DNA of 64,000 nucleotides from Heterodontus francisci (Eukaryota). Of the stretch, positions 27,599-40,217 are shown in pieces. The notes below the pieces were generated by a model. It searched no databases and was not told the origin of the DNA. It was given only the letters and a program-made list of their open reading frames with translations. The position numbers were made by a program, and so were the translations under genes. The stretch covers positions 101,862,595 to 101,926,594 of the forward strand of contig NC_090382.1 of the NCBI RefSeq assembly GCF_036365525.1, given 5' to 3'. The first letter of the stretch is position 1; each line of letters begins with the position of its first letter.

Positions 27599-29224
27599 GG
27601 CTGGATTCTATAGAGCCCTCGATGTCGGGATCTGTGGCCGGGTGGGGGGGGTGGCATGAAAATGGACCTGGATCCAGCCCGCCATGGACATTGACGCCAG
27701 CAGGGCCCAGCCCGACATCGCCGGTGGCAGCAAGGCCTCATGGTGGCCCCCATCCAGCTCCCCCCCCGCTCCTCAGCAATGGGACCGCAATTTAAATATA
27801 TAAATAAATTACATTACCTGAATTAATTAATCCTTTGTAGCCTCCTAATGTCCCGCTGCAATCTCCACCCTGGCGGCCGGCACTGCCGTACCTTCAGATC
27901 CCTGTCCGGGGAAACAAGCCGCAACACTAGTGGGGAGGAGGGAGGAGATGAGTCTCTCAGAGCAGTACGGGGTCAAATTAGAGTCATGGGAGTAGGGGAT
28001 GTTGGGAAGGGTTACAGTTTGAAGTTTGTGCAGTTGAGGGGGGATGGTCATCGAGTCATAGAGTTATACAGCACAGAAACAGGCCCTTCGGCCCATCGTG
28101 TCTATGCTGGCCATCAAGCACCTAACTATTCTAGTTCCATTTTCCGGCACTTGGCCCATAGCCTTGGATGCTATGGTGTTTCAAGTGCTCATCTAAAATA
28201 CTTCCGAAATGTTGTGAGAGTTCCTGCCTCTACCACCCCTTCAGGCAGTGTATTCCAGATTCCAACCAGACTCTGCGTGAAAAAAAGGTTTCCTCAAATC
28301 CCCTCTGGACCTCCTGCCCTTGACCTTAAATCAATGCCCCCCATTTTTGACCCCTCCACTAAGGGAAAAAGTCTCTTCCTATCTAACCTATCAATGCCCT
28401 TCATAATTTTCTATACCTCAATCGTGTCCCCCTGCATCCTTCCCTGCTCAAAGGAAAACAACCCTAGCCTTTTCAGTCTCTCTTCATGGCTGAAATGCTT
28501 CAGCTTAGGCAACATCCTGGTGAATCTCCTCTTCACCCTCTCCAGTGCAATCACATCCTTCCTATAGTGCGGTGCCCAGAACTGTACACAGTACTCCAGC
28601 TGTTGCCTCACTAGCGTTTTATACATCTCCATCATAACCTCCCTGCTCTTCTATTCCATGCCTCGGCTAATAAAGGCAAGTATCCCGTATGCCTTCCTAA
28701 CCACCTTATCTACCTGTGCTGCTGCCTTCAATGACCTATGGACAAGTACACCAAGGTCCCTCTGACCTTCTGTACTTCCTCGGGTCCTACCATCCATTGT
28801 ATATTCCCTTGCCTTGTTAGTCCTCCCAAAATGCATCACCTCGCACTTCTCAAAAAGTGCTGGAAATACTCAGCAGGTCTGGCAGCATCTGGTCAAATGG
28901 CAAAGGTTAGTGTCTTATGAGGGAAGGGCAAATAATTAATTTAATAGTTATTGCAGGGTGGGAGAGGGGAAAAAAAGAGATGTTTTTCTTTTCAACAACT
29001 CTTTATTAAAAAATTTAATTCGCCAGTAATGCGAACAACCCTTTAAAAATGGTGTCAGCGCCTGCACTCAGGCAACTGACGTCATTGCCAGGGATTGACA
29101 ACCCACCCCCTCCATGTGATTGGTGGGGGGGTGGTGGGGGGCGACCCGCCCGGCTCTTTAAATGAGTGGCCGCACATGGAATCGCCACCATTTTTTTCAC
29201 GGTGGACTTGATACAATTCAGCAC
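27599..29224. mobile_element. Harbinger-type MITE interrupted by a CR1 3' fragment (~28052-28850, -)
   Basis: Ends GGCTGGATTCT / ACAATTCAGC; similarity to 12218-12915; CR1 LVRQQLEYCVQFWAP inside. Confidence 0.55.
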
Positions 29225-29226
29225 AA

Positions 29227-30032
29227 TGGGGTTAATTTTAACATTGGGACCTGTTGGGACTGAGGAGGCCTGAGAGCATGTGGGAAACCTGGAAATCGTG
29301 GTTCTCCACATGCTATGGAGTTTTAAATCCACAGCATGTGATTGGCATCACAACAAGATCCCTGCAGGGATGTCTGTCTGATTGACAGGCTTTGCCTCCA
29401 GTTGGGCAGGGAACACTTTAGAAGATGCTGCAGTCCAGGTAGATCTGAGCTCCGACCTTGGGCTGGGGTAGGTGAGGGGTAGAAGGATTTGATCCCCAGC
29501 CCTGAGGGGCCGGGGGGGTTCAACCACAAGAGTTGGGGTCCGTTCACCAGTCCTGTGGTGGGCTGGGGTGTCTGGCCTGGAGTGGTGATTGGGGGTGTGG
29601 GGTCAGTGTTTCACCACCAATCCGGGGGAGGAATTTTGATTGCAGGGAAGGAGAGGGTGGTGGGCAGTCTGATTACAGAGTGTGGGTATCCAATTGTAGG
29701 GGATGCTCTGATCTGAAGGTGGGGGTGTTTTGTATGGAGTTTTTCTACTGGTGGATGAAGGGTGCTTGGGAGGTCTGGAATAAAGCACTCCTTCTGCTCC
29801 TGGAATACAAGGACTGCTCACAAAGGTTGTCCTCACGTTGCTGCATCTGCTGGGTTCACCAGGGCTTGGAAAGTATCGACAGCCACTGTTAAACCTGCAA
29901 AGTGGGTTAAATCTGAGTCTTCCCAACTCATTAACATATTTGAATTGCTAACCCGTTCCTGTCCTACAAAAGGTCAGCGGGTTGGAGTTAGGTTCCTGAC
30001 ACACTTCCATTCTTGGGGAGGAATTTAACCAC
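29227..30032. mobile_element. MITE-like element
   Basis: Ends GGGGTTAATTTT / GAATTTAACCAC. Confidence 0.4.
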
Positions 30033-30321
30033 TCACTCATCCACCCTCCCACCCACTCCCCCATGTTAACATTCTTTGCCATGTTTCTACTGCTCTCCTG
30101 AAGGTGTTAACTCTTTGGCAGAGTCCAGGTTCCACGGACACACACCATCTTCTGGAACTGCAAACAAGTGACACAATAAAAAGGTTAACTGTATGACAGG
30201 GGCAATAATACTGATCAATCTTATTGCTACACGTGATCAATTGGTTTTGGTAACAGAATTCAGTACATCTCACAGAGACTGTGCCAGATTATGTACAGAT
30301 CATAATACTCTCTGCGGAGTA

Positions 30322-33279
30322 TGTAGTATAAGGGTCTAAAAGGGTTAATATTTGAGGCAGTGAGAGTACTATCTCCCATCGGGGTGGTGATGATATAAGA
30401 GTCACATGGGTAATAGGCTTGACAGAAGCAAGAAGCATCATGAGAGGTGCTAGCTAGACATATTTAAGGAGAGTGTATATAGTTGTGCAAATACAATAAA
30501 TGAGTTACTATTTAGACGTCCAAAGAAGCCGAGATCATGGTATATAAAGCTCGATCGAGCATCTTAAATGCTAGCAACAATATATAACATGGTGGCAGTG
30601 GTGAACACACCCAGAGAATATTAAGAAACATAACCTGGTACAGTAGCACCAAGAAGACTGCAGATCTCATGAGGAGACTAGGAGGAGGTCCAGAGCTGCT
30701 CTGTAGATGAAGGAAGACATGGATATTCAATGAGTCAGCCGCACAGGCATCCAAACTGCACCACAGAAGCGTGGTGGGCTGTGAGAAGATTCCAGGTCCA
30801 GCGATCGCAGCCTACGAGTCTCAGATCCGAGCATCGGTTAAGTATCGGGTGAGAAACATTTATAAAAGGGTAGAAACTTTGTCGAACAGGGCACTGGCAG
30901 GCAAGATGGAGAGAAAAGCCGATCCCACATGAAGGGTGGATCTGGAGTTGGTGGTCATTACCCGAACAGACTGCGAAGCTGAAGTACAGGAAACATCAAA
31001 AAAGCGTGGGATGACCCGAAAAGTGTAGGAAACCTCCAAAAAGAGTGGGAACACCTCCACTAAAACAACAAGAATTTCTAAAAAGAAAGGGAACAATGCG
31101 TGAAAGCTTCCAGAATTTGGAAGAGCCCAATCAGGACAGAATTGGTCTATGTGGTGAAAAAGATTTCTATGATATCGAATACTTTCTCAGCTACACCCCA
31201 AATCTGAGTCTGAGTAAATAAATACCCAATTGTACTTCATGGGTGCAAATACTGATGATGTGATCGTAAGGCAAGACATCAATGAGGCTTCAGACAAGTT
31301 TAATGATGCTTTTGATAAACCTTGGATAAATACTTTAATTTAAGAAGCAATAAGATTTTTAGAAAGAGCAAAGTTTAATAAAAGGATCCAGAAGCTGGGT
31401 GAATCGGTGGATGCTTTCATTAATGATTTGTACAGATTGGCTGAGGGATGTGAGTATGGAGAACTGAAGTCTGAGTTGATAAGGGACCGAATAACAGTGG
31501 GAATAGCTGACGAGTCTTTATCAGATCACTTACAGTCAAAAGAGGACCTTACGCTCAAGAAATTGATTCAGATGGTGGGACAGACAGAGGTCTGAAGACA
31601 AAATAGAGCCATCCTGCAGCTGAAGAGAAGCCTTGGGTCAGGAGAACTCAGCTGACTGCTCAAATCCTGAAGCCCAGGATGGGAAAGCAATCTCCAGATA
31701 AGAAGATACACTCAGGAGGGAAGGTGCATGATGCTGTGAAACCCTGCTAGCACTGTGGCACCAAAAAGACCCACAGATGTGAACAGTATGTTGCTAATAA
31801 AGCAGAATGTTTTAATTGCAAAACGACGAGCCATTTCGGAAAGATGTGCTAGAGCAAAACCTCTTCTACAAATACGCCAAAGAAAAATTCTTCACACAAA
31901 GAGCTGTGAATGAAGTGGAACAACTTCCACTGGAAGATAAACCAGGAGACTTCTGAGGGGAGATTTGTGACCCCAATCGGGCATTCTGGACTATAGACAT
32001 TTATGTCAATGGTCATATTACTAATTTAAAATTAGACACAGGTACAACTGTCACAGTTTTGTCACACCAAGAGTAGTGGTTGTTGATGCATTGCTTGTAA
32101 CCAACAGACACTCCGTTACACCGTCCAGGAGAGATTGAACTGAAAGTCAAAGGAAAGTTACAGGCAACACTCCAGTACAGGGGAAGGCAGATAATGGAAA
32201 TGCTGTACATTCTCTGTTAAGCAGAAAAGCGTGCTTAGACTTGACACCTAATTAAAAAAGTAGATGAAATTGCACATCTCACGAGTTCCTCTAGTAATCC
32301 TCAATCTAATGGTGAAGCTGAAAGAGGAGTCAGAATTATTAAATCATTGTTGAAGAAGAAGGAGGATCTTCCAACTGCACTCTTAAACTTTAGATCTACT
32401 CCACGGTTATGTGGATTCGCACCTGTTGATGGGGAGGAAGCTAAACCTCAACTTCCTATTCTTTTTCCAGGGCCATAAGTCCAGGTTTATCAGAGAGTTC
32501 AAGACAGAGAGAAGTCTTAGAGGAAACAACAAACTCACAATTATAATAAAAGATTTCATACCAGAAACCTACCCAAGTTGAAGGAAGGAGAAAAGGTATC
32601 AATATGAGTCCTCGGAAGCAAAGGTGTAGTTATCCAGAGAGATGAAAATCATCAGATATCTTATTTAGTACATAATTCAGAAGGTACAATAAGATGAAAT
32701 AGGAGAAACCTTATCCCTATTCCTCAGAAATAACAATCAGTTCCATATTTGGATGAACCAGATGGTGATTCAGAAACCCAGAGACAACCGGATACGACAA
32801 ACCTGAGTCAAGGCCATCCAAATCATCGAACGTGACTTTCGAGAAAGATTACTGATCTTCCGAGTCCAACAAAAACATGATCAGAGAGAGCTATGAAGCC
32901 TCCTGACAGATTGAATCTGTGATGTCAGAGACATGGGGAAGATGGAGCAATATGTAAAGTCAAAATATATATATATAAAAAATATATATGCACCAAGACC
33001 TTAGAGGGGTGGGGAGCGGTGGGGGGATGTAGCATAAGGATCTGAAAGGGTTAATATTTGAGACAGTGAGAGTAATACCTCCCACTGTAGTGATGATGAT
33101 GTAAGAGTCACATGGCTTAGCGAGAAGCAAGAAGCATCATGAGAAGTGCTAGCTAGACATGCTTAAGGAGAGTGTATGCAGTTGTGTAAATACAATAAGC
33201 ATGTTACTATTTAGACATACAAAGACTCTGAGATCTCCGTAAAGAAAGCTCAATCTAGCATCTTAACTAATATACAACA
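30322..33279 (+). mobile_element. Gypsy LTR retrotransposon, internally deleted (RT/RNaseH missing)
   Basis: LTRs 30322-30589 and 33028-33279 (TG...CA); 5-bp TSD GAGTA; PBS TGGTGGCAGTGGT (tRNA-Leu-like); purine tract before 3' LTR; gag FINDLYRLAEGCEYG...IRDRITVGI, protease KLDTG, integrase PQSNGEAERGV. Confidence 0.9.
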
Positions 33280-33512
33280 GAGTAGATTCCTCAGTTTCCT
33301 CTTTCTCGTGGGATTGCCAAAATGTACAGTTGTGTTGACTATTTTAGGAGAAATAATGAACAAAATCTTTCCCCTGGTTGTTTTAATGTGGGATATACTC
33401 TGCAATGGGTGATATAAAACTCTCATGATCCTGGCAATTACTTATTATTACATATCAAATTATTCATATATAATCATGTTATTGAACTTTTTTGAATCTT
33501 TGTTTCACTCAC

Positions 33513-33851
33513 CGTTGAGGCCGAATATTTCATACCATTTCAGGATTTTATTTCTTGGATGTGTTTGAGTCAAGATGAATGATCCCGCAAGTTTAAATGT
33601 GGGTTTTCTAATTTGCAGATTAATGGTACCATGATCCCGGATTATATTCTGATACAAGTAATTGTTTCTATATCGAGTCCATTGTGCGTCCCAGTTACCC
33701 CAGTAATCTTTCGCAAAAGTAACCAGCTGCTGAATTTCTTGCCCTGAGTGTGGTTTCCATTCCCAGACAACAGGCCCATTTCCAGGATTGTTTGGTCCTT
33801 TTAATGAAATGTCACCTCTCTCATGCAAAAAATAAATATGATTTGGGTTTC
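33513..33851 (-). CDS. Ig domain 1 exon (V-like, lacks both canonical cysteines)
   Basis: ctaacAG|GA AAC CCA ... CTC AAC G|gtgag; 113 codons; VVWEW C-strand, NLQIRKPTFKLAGSFIL E-F region; paralogous to exon 8204-8548. Confidence 0.85.
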
Positions 33852-35067
33852 CTGTTAGAAAGAGGAACAACATAAGTATTTATCAAATCACAATTTCTTA
33901 ATCCAATATTTCGAATGATTAGCAATGTTAATCCATTTAGAGTCATATTTTTAGATTCAACTGATCATGTTGCCTTCATTACAATCACTATTAAAAAATA
34001 GACATGTTTTTAGATAGTACCTTTCACAACCGCTGGACGTCCCAAAGGTTTACATTCAATGACGTACTTTTGAAATGTAGTTACTGTTGTAATGCAGGAA
34101 ATGCGGCAGCCAATTTGCACACAGCAAGCTCCCACAAACAATAATGTGATAATGGCCAGTTAATCTGTTCTTGTGATGTTGATTGATGGATAAATATTGG
34201 CCAGGACACCAGGGGTAACTCCCCTGCGGCTCTTCAAAATAATGCTGTAGATTTTTAACGTCCACTTGAACGAACAGGTGGATTCTCGGTTTAACCCCTC
34301 ATCTAAACAGTAACATCTCTGACAATGCAGCATTTTCTCAGTACTGCAATGACTGTCGTTCTTCATTGTTGTGTTCAAGTCCTGGTGCAGAGCTTGAATC
34401 TACAACTTTCTGACTCAGAGGTAAGAATGCTTCCCACTGATCCACCACAGCAATTCCATTATACATTCAATGTATCAATTACTAGAGTTATCTGAATATA
34501 CATCATCACTACAAAAAATAATCAAAAAGAAAAGAGAGGACATGGTTAATTCCATGTTCCAGAAAATGAAAGCTCCAAAATTTCATTGTGGTTCCTGATT
34601 GGAAGGGGGCATTATCAGATTGGACATGAGTTAACGGGAGAAGAATTAATGCAGGATAATATTATGTCAGGTCTCCACCCATTTGTCCTCTACCGGGATT
34701 TCTCAAATTAGGAGGAGATCATGTGGTTCCTGTGTTCACTCTTCACTGTGTCTGAAGCATGACAGAGATAAAGCAGCTCTTGAAACCTGACCCACAGCCT
34801 CTTTCCTCCAAGTGCTTTGCCTTATCTATGAAGGTGATATTTAACCTTAATGCATTCAGATACTTCCAGGTGGCCTTTGGTGACATTGGTCACGCAATTC
34901 AGTCAGAAGTTCATCACTACCATTCACTGGACTGTATTTCCACCTTCAAATCACCATCTACCTTCATTTCAAGGATAACAGTAAAGTAATAAAACCCTCA
35001 TTATAACCAATATTGTATTTACATTTTCATCTGGGAAGTTTTCCAAAGCAGTAAATCCCGGCAGGCA

Positions 35068-36133
35068 TGGGGTGGAATTTTATTATGGGGGCTGGGGTCC
35101 TGACATCTGGAGAACTGATGCCGAGATCCCCACGTCACCTCTTCTACAGAAGGCCTGCTGAATTTAGTGCCAATCAAGCACTTAGATTAGATTAGAGATA
35201 CAGCACTGAAACAGGCCCTTCGGCCCACCGAGTCTGTGCCGAACATCAACCACCCATTTATACTAATCCTACACTAATCCCATATTCCTACCAAAAACAT
35301 CCCCACCTGTCCCTATATTTCCCTACCACCTACCTATACTAGTGACAATTTATAATGGCCAATTTACCTTTCAACCTGCAAGTCTTTTGGCTTGTAGGAG
35401 GAAACCAGAGCACCCGGAGAAAACCCAGGCAGACACAGGGAGAACTTGCAAACTCCACACAGGCAGTACCCAGAATCGAACCCGGGTCGCTGGAGCTGTG
35501 AGGCTGCGGTGCTAACCACTGCGCCACTGTGCCACCCTTAAGTGGACAGCAGCAGGCCTTCTACGGGATCAGGGACCCTGGCGGGGGAAGTCCTGCCCTT
35601 GCAATGCTATCAGCCAATCAGAGGCCGGCAGCTGCATTGCCACCGCAGAGGTGGTGGCTGCCGCTGCAAGTGCACCTGCCGGAGGCCCAGGAGCGTTGCT
35701 GGAACCAGGCCTTAGATAGGTCAGGGCGGGAGGGGTCTCACAGGGGAGGGGGGGGCTAGGTGGTCGGCAGCAAGTGCAGGGGGTTGGCCCTCAGCGGACA
35801 CCCCTTCCCGATGCCAGGTCCCTCATTCAGACACTAAGTGCCTTTGAACGAGGGCCACCCCGACCCCAACACCGAGCAAAGCGCATGGTTTTCGGTGCCA
35901 TGTTTCCTGTGCACCAACAGGACTCACCTGCTGCACAGCTAATTGCAGCTGCAACGGGAAGAGGCCATTAATTGGGTATTTATTGCCCAGGTAAGGGCTT
36001 AAGTTGGCAGCAGGGAATGAAGGCCATTCAAAAGCTTTCTGCCCCAGGAAACCCCCTTCACCACCATCCCACCCAATTTAATGCTCACACTACCTCCAAA
36101 CCCGCCACGGGGGAGAGCATAAAAATCCCCCCC
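35068..36133. mobile_element. Harbinger-type MITE hosting a SINE
   Basis: Ends GGGGTGGAATTTTAT / ATAAAAATCCCCCC. Confidence 0.55.
35184..35533 (-). mobile_element. Full-length HE1/V-SINE-type tRNA-derived SINE
   Basis: Box A GTGGCGCAGTGG and box B GGTTCGATTC, V-domain-like tgtgtggagtttgca...ctccctgtg, CR1-like tail with (TCTAA)n. Confidence 0.85.
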
Positions 36134-36304
36134 TTGTGTCTGTGTGACTTGATAAAATAGCAACTCACATCACAATTAGCAAGAACACAATGGCTCTGTA
36201 CACACTGTATTCACAGTTTGGACACTAGATCAAAGTGGGGCCTAAAATGAGGATCAGCGACAAACTCTTTCAGACGATGTTTAAACTAAACTATAACATT
36301 TATA

Positions 36305-36430
36305 ACAAAAGCAAAATACTGCAGATGTTGGAAATCTGAAATATAAACAGAAAATTCTGGAAATACTCAGGACGTCTGGCAACATCTGTGGAGAGAGAAG
36401 CAGAGTTAATGTTTCAGGTCTGTGACCTTG
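36305..36430 (-). repeat. Penelope-type short repeat fragment
   Basis: Reverse-complement similarity to 58560-58672. Confidence 0.6.
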
Positions 36431-36605
36431 CAAAGCCTTGGATATATTCAATGACCCAGACTCCACTGCTCTCTGCGGGGGGAGAGAAATCTGGGAAATG
36501 ATAATAAAAACCATATTTCCTTTTTGATTATTGGTGCGTGAATTCATTGAACTCAATAATAAAATAAAACCAGATGAACTTATTTGGTGGGAATAAGGCA
36601 CTTAC

Positions 36606-36666
36606 TTAGTGTGAAAACAGATGGAAGGAGAAACACAAGGAAACTGAACGTCAAACCTGTTGGCAT
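36606..36666 (-). CDS. Signal-peptide exon MPTGLTFSFLVFLLPSVFTL(R)
   Basis: Acceptor ttttctgcAG|CAAA-ATG (A at -3), 20 mostly hydrophobic codons, phase-1 donor A|gtaagt; joins in frame to the exon at 33851. Too short for the ORF track. Confidence 0.8.
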
Positions 36667-37259
36667 TTTGCTGCAGAAAAGTCGTAGACTCATTTCACAG
36701 ATTCAGTCTCTTTCCCTGCAAGAAATATACAGACAGATAGATACATTCAGAAAACCACCTGAAGTTAAACAGAAACATATTTCTTCAATATGTTTAACAA
36801 CTAAGATTGCGAAGATAAAGAAATCAGCTAAAACAACTTGTTAAGTTATTTCCTCATTCTAATTTAGAACTGTCAAATGTATAATAAACTTTTTCAGGAA
36901 AGTGCTCCATCTCATCTCGTGATAAATGTAATTACATTTACTCATCCTATTATTATAATGGACTATGCAGAATCCATCTCTTATCCACCAGTCACTTACA
37001 GTTTCCTACGGAAAATAAAGTAATTGAAATAGGAATAAAACAAGAAATGTAATTCCCTACGATAGGGAGAGGAGACAAAAAATACAATTGCAAAAGATTT
37101 CTCCACCAAAATTTTCACTGACACATAGCTCAATAAAACTGATTTGTAAACTGATGAATTTTACATAACAGAGTATGAATTAACAGCAATCAGCATTTTC
37201 TTATTTTCTGCTGTCACACTTATTGAAAATATTTGTGTAATAATGTGCTTTCAATGGCA

Positions 37260-37685
37260 ATATCATTGCTGATCATGCACCATTAACATCCAGGGGGAGT
37301 CGCCATTGGCCAGAAAGACAATGTACCAGGTGTATAAATGTCATGGCTGTTGGAGAAGTTCAGAGGTTGGGTACACTGTGACAAGTGTCTCTCCAATACC
37401 TCTCCACTATCTATAAGTCTAAAGTCAGGAATGTGATGGAATACTCTCCACTTGCAAGGATTGGTGCATCTGCAACAACAAGAAACTCGACACTATACAG
37501 GACAAAGCTTGATTGGAAACCCATCCAACACCTTAAGCATTCATTCTTTCCACCACTGGCACCATTGCTGCAATGGGTCCTATCTACAGGATGTACAACA
37601 CGACACAACAAGGCTTTATTTGCAGCACCTTCAAAATCTGTAACCTCCTAGAAGGACAAGGGCAGCAAGTGCATGGGACATCAAT
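37260..37685 (+). mobile_element. CR1 3' fragment
   Basis: IYKSKVRNVMEYSPLA; same family as 14570-15645. Confidence 0.65.
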
Positions 37686-37789
37686 GTTTTTTTGAGCTCT
37701 ATGAGTGCCCTTTGAGTTCCAAAATTGCATGTGCGACATGCATGCACACTTGTGGAGTGAATTGTACCACACACCATATTGGTGAGGGC

Positions 37790-39900
37790 ATTAGCAGTGG
37801 GCAGAGCAGGTAGATTATGCCTGCAACTCTGATTTGACATTAGCTGTGTCATTTTGGAGCTCACCCCTCCAGCGAATGCCTGCAAAGCGATGTTCATGCA
37901 CATAATGGCACAAGGGGCCATGGAGTCACCTGCAATCCTAGAGAGCCGCATGTTCCCTCTGACTGCTTGTTCCTGGCAAGAGAGAATGAATATGGTTAGC
38001 TCTCTTTGAATAGAGAGCTTCAGTGACCACCCTTACACAAAAGCGGACGGCAAACTGTGAGAAGTTGCAGATATCTCCAGATCAAGCCCACACAGAGCCA
38101 GGTACGTAAAAGGTTCATCGCTTTAGCAGCCACTGGAAATGTGGTCCTCACCCTGTTCTGACGCTGCATTTATGGCTGCAGTAGTTGGCAGATTTCAGAG
38201 GCAGCTGAGAGGGGAAACTGTGCACAGAGGGATGAGGAGGAGGGCTCTCAACATGAGGCCTGACACAACTGGGGTATTCAGAGAGCATTTTTCCTGCCTC
38301 CACCTCAGCCAGGAGCAGTGTCTCTCGAAGCTGTGATTCACCAATTAGCTGGTCACTGATCTGTGCAGCTGCTCAAACCAGACTTGCAGCCATAGAGCAG
38401 GACGGCACTGCCATTGGCTGTCAATGTGACTGACAGCCTCAATTTCTATGCCAGAGAGTCTTCCAACCAACAGTTCTCACTTTGCCATGCATTTCTGCAT
38501 CAGGGAGGACACTGAGGCCCTGAATTCAAGGAAAGAGGATTTCATTATTTTGTCTCTAATTAGACAGCAGCAGAGGAGTGGGCACATGGTTTTTCCAGGA
38601 TAGCAGGATTCCCAATGCTACTGGGAGCCACTGATTCTGCAAACTCTGTGAGCTCCACATTGCAATGGGGACATGTACCCCAATCGCTAAGGGTTCCACT
38701 CCCTTAACATGTAGTTTGTGTGTGAGTATTCATAGACCTTCATGTTGGTGAATGTCCGTTATCCTGGCAGCAGCCATGATTCTTGCATTCTGCAGCACTC
38801 AGACATCCCATCAACTTTGAGCTATCATATCAATCCAGAGGGTGGTTGCTTAGCAGCAAGGACTATTCGCTCTACACATGACTAATGACTTCTGCCCACC
38901 ACCCAATCACACAAGGGCAGTGGTCCTACAGTGACAGCCATGCTGAGACAAGGAATGTCATGGAGCAGTTCATCAGCGCCCTGAAACAATGGTTCGGGGG
39001 GAGCCCTCTCCTACTGGCTGGAGCGTGTCTCGTGACACATGGTCTGCTGCCTCCTCCAAAAGCTGGCAACCATGAGGATGCAGCCACCACCACCAGGCCT
39101 TAGTGACCGCATCAGGAGGGGGAGAAAGAGGAGGAGGTGGAAGAGGAGTAAGAGGAGGAAGCAGAGAAGGATGGGGCGGAGGAGGCAAAGCAGGAGGACC
39201 AGGAGGAAGGAAGGAGGCATCCGAAACATCATCTCTCCAGACCGGCTGTCCATGAACATCTCATCAGACTCCAGTTCCCCTGAAAAAATCCTCAGATCAC
39301 TGTTGCTCCAAACTTCCCCACCTTTCTATCGCTCTGATACGGACCATCACAGTGTCCTCTTGGCCAAAAGACTGAAATAAAAGACCAACAATTCCACACT
39401 AACTTTGTCCAACATCACTTCCAGTGATAATTACAGAATTCAACTATTCACCGTTGTGCTTTCCCTTCGTGCCTGTCTTTCAGGAGCCTTTGCATGGCCT
39501 TGTGCACCCATGCAGTTTCTCCCCCAGTGGTTACAACATGGCTAGTGGAGGGCTGTTGATTTTCAGTGGGGGAGACGGCAGATGGCCTCACAGGAAGTCC
39601 TTGAGCAGCTCTGGGCCTTGAGCTCCTGGCTTCAGACTGCACCATCCCACTATGGCTGACAGTGTTCAGGGCTGAGTGGCTGACAGGCAACTGTAAGGGC
39701 ACTGGTGGAGTGGCAGTGACTGGAGTACGAATGCTGTCATCCTGAGAAAGGACATCAGGTTTGTGCTCCACGGAGCCATTGCCACTCGCCCAGGGTGACA
39801 CCTCACCAATCCGAGTAATGTGTCACGGGAATCTGCATGTGCCTTTGAGCACTGGCATCTGCAGCCTTGATGACAGTAGTCTGAGCCTGCCTGAAAACAG
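37790..39900 (+). mobile_element. Degenerate Harbinger (HARBI1-like transposase + convergent Myb-gene 3' remnant)
   Basis: Remnants GFHSLN, RYPGSSHDSCIL, HAETRNVMEQFISALKQWF; purine-rich acidic tail at ~39115-39220. Confidence 0.7.
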
Positions 39901-40217
39901 CTGGGCTTGCATGGCAACAGACAGAGATGTAAGATTATTAAGCTACAAAAAGTTACTAACTAGAATACTAATTGTTAAAATCCAGCTATTATAAACTAAC
40001 AACTAACTTATTATCAAAAACTAACAATTGGCTTGATTAGAATCCTTCCTTCTAGTATGGTTAAAGTGGAAAACTGAGGAAATATGGCACAATATAGACA
40101 AGATGTCAAGGTAGAAGGATTCTGGGAGATTATGTCAAGTTTTCAAATGCCTACTTGCAGTAAAAGGGTGAGACTTTGAGAGCAGCCAGTAAAAACAGCT
40201 TCTGTGATGATTTGCCA

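Larger units (their letters stand above)
131..36670 (-). other. Multi-exon Ig-superfamily receptor gene (CD4/LAG-3/G6F/DICP-like V-C2 architecture), 5' part; continues beyond left end of window
   Basis: Seven exons with canonical AG/GT boundaries, all introns phase 1; joined length 61+339+270+345+270+345+273 = 1903 nt with no stop codon; no TM or cytoplasmic exon seen in the window. Confidence 0.8.

Noticed and set aside
35440-35533. tRNA-like A/B boxes
   Set aside because: Head of a SINE, not a tRNA gene
131-36666. Naming the gene CD4 or LAG3
   Set aside because: The D1 exon is not split, the domain order and number differ, and the TM/tail motifs and synteny are not visible
38973-39380. 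Arg-rich and Leu/Pro-rich ORFs
   Set aside because: Alternative frames of the GAG-rich acidic tail of a Harbinger transposase remnant
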